This document shows positions 60,684 through 64,000 of a stretch of DNA of 64,000 nucleotides, piece after piece. Within the stretch, counting starts at the first letter, position 1. The number at the start of each line of letters is the position of its first letter. The position numbers and the translations under genes were made by a program. This stretch comes from Nitrospinaceae bacterium (GTDB lineage Bacteria > Nitrospinota > Nitrospinia > Nitrospinales > Nitrospinaceae): contig OZ245011.1 of assembly GCA_965223665.1 (NCBI GenBank), forward strand, positions 159,179 to 223,178. Direction: 5' to 3'. The notes under the pieces are model-generated. The model was not told the DNA's origin. It was given only the letters and a program-made list of their open reading frames with translations, and ran no database searches.

Positions 60684-62234
60684 ATGATGTTGACGCCAGC
60701 GGGTGATATAAAACGAAAGCTTATTCTAATCGTAACCGGACTACTTTTGTTTGTGCTTATGCTAGCAATGCCACGCCCCAATGGCATTACACCGGAAGGG
60801 CAACGCATGGCAGCGGTTGCCATACTCATGGCATTGTGGTGGATTGGCGAAGTAGTGCCCATCGCGGTGACGGCCCTCATCCCACTTGTTCTTTATCCCC
60901 TCCTTGGAATTATGCCCAGTAAAAATGTTGCTCCTAACTATGGCAACCATCTCATCTTTTTATTTTTGGGGGGTTTTATGATTGCCCTGGCCATGGAAAA
61001 ATGGAATTTACATAAGCGAATCGCATTAACTATTATCCTAAAAGTTGGAACCAGTCCTCAGTTAGTAATTTTTGGATTTATGACAGCCACTGCTTTTTTA
61101 TCCATGTGGATATCCAATACGGCGACTACTATGATGATGTTGCCTGTGGCTATGGCGGTGGTTCGACAAATTGCATCGCAAACCAAATTTTCATCCGAGG
61201 TTCCGGATTCCCTAACTGTAGAGAAAAACTTGGGCCTGGCGCTTATGTTGGGGTTGGCCTATTCTGCAAGTATTGGGGGTGTTGGGACTTTGATTGGAAC
61301 GCCCCCAAATATTATTTTTGCAGGTTTTTTTAAAAATAGCTTTCCTGAACGGCCAGATATCACTTTCTTAGGTTGGATGTTGATGGCTCTTCCAGTGGTA
61401 GTCATTTTTCTTCCTTTAGTTTGGTGGTACCTTTGTCGATTTTGTACCTCCATACCAATAAGCAAAATTAAGGTGGATGATAGTGCCCATGAAATTGTTG
61501 GAAAAGAATTAAAAAGTTTAGGACCTATGAATTTGGCCGAAAAATGGATAGCTGGAGTTTTTGGTACCACTGCATTTCTTTGGATGTTTAGAAAATCTAT
61601 AGACTTAGGTCCCATAAATTTGCAGGGTTGGTCCGGGATATTTCCCTGGCCAGAATATTTGCATGACTCTACGGTGGCCATGTTGATGGGGTTGTTTTTA
61701 ATGATTGCCCCGATTGGTTTGTTAAATGATCTGAAAATTGGGAAAAAAAGAGAATTTTTTCTTTTAGATTGGCCAACGGTACAAAGTGGAATCCCATGGG
61801 GTTTATTACTTTTATTCGGGGGTGGGTTTGCCCTAGCCAGTGGGTTTAAAGCAACTAACTTAGATCAATGGATTGGTCAGCAACTATCCGGTGTCGAAAC
61901 ATTTCCACTTTGGGGAATTATATTAATTCTTTGCCTTGGGATAACTTTTTTAACGGAGATGACATCTAATACAGCAACTGCGACAATGATATTCCCAATA
62001 ATTGCAGGAGCTGCTGTTGCGGGTGGTTTAGATCCCTTAATGCTAATGGTTCCTGTAACTATTTCCTCTTCTTTTGCCTTTATGATGCCGGTGGCTACTC
62101 CCCCGAATGCTATTGTTTTTGGTAGTGGGTGGGTGACGATCCCTAAGATGTCGAGAGCGGGTTTTATTTTAAATATAATAGGAGCCGGTTTAGTGACCCT
62201 ACTAGCGATGACAGTGGTAAAAGGACTATTGTAA
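60684..62234 (+). CDS. DASS/SLC13 family sodium-coupled anion (di/tricarboxylate or sulfate) symporter
   Basis: It has about 12 or more TM segments and two SNT hairpin signatures (ISNTATTMMMLP and TSNTATATMIFP). The ORF track opens at a TTG at 60651. Confidence 0.88.
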   Translation: MMLTPAGDIKRKLILIVTGLLLFVLMLAMPRPNGITPEGQRMAAVAILMALWWIGEVVPIAVTALIPLVLYPLLGIMPSKNVAPNYGNHLIFLFLGGFMIALAMEKWNLHKRIALTIILKVGTSPQLVIFGFMTATAFLSMWISNTATTMMMLPVAMAVVRQIASQTKFSSEVPDSLTVEKNLGLALMLGLAYSASIGGVGTLIGTPPNIIFAGFFKNSFPERPDITFLGWMLMALPVVVIFLPLVWWYLCRFCTSIPISKIKVDDSAHEIVGKELKSLGPMNLAEKWIAGVFGTTAFLWMFRKSIDLGPINLQGWSGIFPWPEYLHDSTVAMLMGLFLMIAPIGLLNDLKIGKKREFFLLDWPTVQSGIPWGLLLLFGGGFALASGFKATNLDQWIGQQLSGVETFPLWGIILILCLGITFLTEMTSNTATATMIFPIIAGAAVAGGLDPLMLMVPVTISSSFAFMMPVATPPNAIVFGSGWVTIPKMSRAGFILNIIGAGLVTLLAMTVVKGLL

Positions 62235-62238
62235 ATAG

Positions 62239-62481
62239 CTAGGGTAATTCCTTTGAATTAGGAGGTCGAACAGCGTTTATCCATTCCTTAGAACTGGCAC
62301 CAAATGATATAAAATTTTTTTGTGCGATATGGAGTGGTATTGAATTGGGTCCACATAAAGAACCAGGGTTCTCGAATTGCTCCAATTCATCTTTCCAATA
62401 ACATACAGGGCAGGTTTCAAAGGTTCCAGGTGGCTTTTGAGTAAGCGTCAAAAAGTTGCAGCATGGGCAAGGAAAATTCAT
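62239..62481 (-). CDS. CPCC-family cysteine-rich small protein
   Basis: It reads FPCPCCNFLTL...ETCPVCYWKDELEQ, as in the Cys_rich_CPCC family. Confidence 0.7.
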   Translation of the reverse strand: MNFPCPCCNFLTLTQKPPGTFETCPVCYWKDELEQFENPGSLCGPNSIPLHIAQKNFISFGASSKEWINAVRPPNSKELP

Positions 62482-62505
62482 TTTAAAATTTTGATGGAAT
62501 GGAGA

Positions 62506-63996
62506 TTATTTTTTCCATTTTAAAATGGGTTGCCTGGCCGCACGGGCTTCATCAGGACGGGAAACTTTGGGCAATTGAGGGGCATTGTGCAATTTTTCTG
62601 CATCGGATTGAGCAGATTCAGCAATTGATTTCATGGCCTCAATAAACTGATCCAAAGTTTCTTTAGATTCAGTCTCTGTAGGTTCAATCATTAAAGCACC
62701 CTTAACGATTAAGGGAAAATAAACGGTCGGAGGATGAAATCCATAATCTATTAACTCTTTGGCAATGTCCATGGTTTTGACCTGGTGTTTTAATTGTTCC
62801 TTATCGTTAAAGACACACTCATGCAAGCTTGGACCAGGATAGGGTAGGTGATAATGGTCCTTTAAACGAGCCTTAATGTAATTGGCATTTAATACGGCCG
62901 ATTCACAAGCTTCTCTTAAACCATCTGGACCTAAAGTTCGAATGTAAGCATAAGCGCGTAATAGGATTCCAAAGTTTCCAAAAAATGCACGAACTCGACC
63001 CACAGTTTGTGGCCTGTCAAAAGACAATTTGTGCTGTCCTTCAATTTGCTCAATAACGGGAACTGGTAGGAAAGGTTCTAAAAACTTTTTGACTCCAACC
63101 GGACCGGCGCCTGGACCTCCACCGCCATGAGGAGTTGAAAATGTTTTGTGTAAATTAAAATGGAGAACGTCTACCCCCATGTCACCAATTTTACTTACAC
63201 CCACTAAGGCATTTAAATTTGCACCATCACAATAAACCAATCCTCCCTTAGAATGGACGATTTCAGTAATCTGGGAAATGTTCTTTTCAAACATTCCTAA
63301 AGTATTGGGGTTAGTGAGCATTAGAGCGGCAGTTTCTTCATCCATTAATTCCTTTAAAACCGCAATGTCAATCAAACCCTCATCATCTGAAGGAATTTGA
63401 ATTACTTCGTAGCCACATAATGCGGAACTGGCAGGATTTGTGCCATGTGCCGAATCGGGCATAAGAACTTTTGATCGGACATTTCCTTGAGATTGCAGGT
63501 AAGCCTGTATGATTAGCATTCCTGTCATTTCTCCATGTGCTCCGGCAGCGGGTTGCAGGGTTACTGCGTCCATTCCGCTGATTTCCTGTAAATAAGACTG
63601 AAGCTCAAACAACATTTGCAGACTACCCTGTGAAAATATCTCAGGAGTATAAGGATGATGTTGGCTAAATCCAGGAAGACGTGCGATATCTTCATTTATT
63701 TTAGGGTTATATTTCATGGTGCAAGACCCTAGGGGATAAAAATTCCCATCGATACTAAAATTCCATTGAGACAGCCGAGTGAAATGTCGAACGACATCTA
63801 ATTCATTGAGTTCTGGGAAATCTTCAATGGAGTCACGAATTTCATTGGGGGGAATTGTTGTTTTAATTTCAATGTCTGGAATTTTAGAAGTGGGCAATGA
63901 ATAAGCCTTACGTCCTGGAGAACCCAAATCAAAAATAACCGGCTCTTCGCAAATTAAACCGGGAATGCCTACACGATGTGATGTTTCTAAAGTCAT
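62506..63996 (-). CDS. gcvPB: Glycine dehydrogenase (aminomethyl-transferring) subunit 2
   Basis: At 496 aa it contains HFNLHKTFSTPHGGGGPGAGPVGV with the PLP-lysine context. The gcvPA partner would lie beyond the right edge of the window. Confidence 0.95.
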   Translation of the reverse strand: MTLETSHRVGIPGLICEEPVIFDLGSPGRKAYSLPTSKIPDIEIKTTIPPNEIRDSIEDFPELNELDVVRHFTRLSQWNFSIDGNFYPLGSCTMKYNPKINEDIARLPGFSQHHPYTPEIFSQGSLQMLFELQSYLQEISGMDAVTLQPAAGAHGEMTGMLIIQAYLQSQGNVRSKVLMPDSAHGTNPASSALCGYEVIQIPSDDEGLIDIAVLKELMDEETAALMLTNPNTLGMFEKNISQITEIVHSKGGLVYCDGANLNALVGVSKIGDMGVDVLHFNLHKTFSTPHGGGGPGAGPVGVKKFLEPFLPVPVIEQIEGQHKLSFDRPQTVGRVRAFFGNFGILLRAYAYIRTLGPDGLREACESAVLNANYIKARLKDHYHLPYPGPSLHECVFNDKEQLKHQVKTMDIAKELIDYGFHPPTVYFPLIVKGALMIEPTETESKETLDQFIEAMKSIAESAQSDAEKLHNAPQLPKVSRPDEARAARQPILKWKK

Positions 63997-64000
63997 GATA

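Overview
The window is a low-GC (roughly 35-40% by eye) chromosomal segment from a Gram-negative bacterium. The LpxC, LolA, RlpA, RseP and DegP genes point to a diderm envelope. I cannot assign a lineage from the sequence alone. Most of the window is densely packed housekeeping. It includes fhs, def and bioD, the conserved rimP-nusA-infB-DUF503-rbfA-truB-rpsO-pnp block, proS, purN, trmB, greA, ligA, a tandem htrA pair, a DEAD-box helicase, a three-gene type-E succinate dehydrogenase/fumarate reductase, a DASS transporter and gcvPB. I saw no rRNA, tRNA, CRISPR array, transposase or integrase. Four things stand out. (1) A 741-aa ORF fuses a complete NtrC-type response regulator to an LpxC whose catalytic residues all appear intact. 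The receiver looks intact, while the sigma54-ATPase core has lost GAFTGA and the Walker B acidic pair. (2) The only accessory-looking locus (38.9-46.5 kb) holds two large secreted proteins that share six copies of one ~180-aa DNRLRE-like module. One protein carries a 7-blade FG-GAP propeller and the other a metzincin protease plus an FN3 domain. The last two modules of the first gene have markedly higher GC. (3) A PEP mutase-nucleotidyltransferase fusion has no visible phosphonopyruvate-consuming partner and sits in an envelope-biogenesis gene string. (4) A long bulged hairpin lies in the rpsO leader. All functional calls rest on motif recognition by eye. No database search was run.
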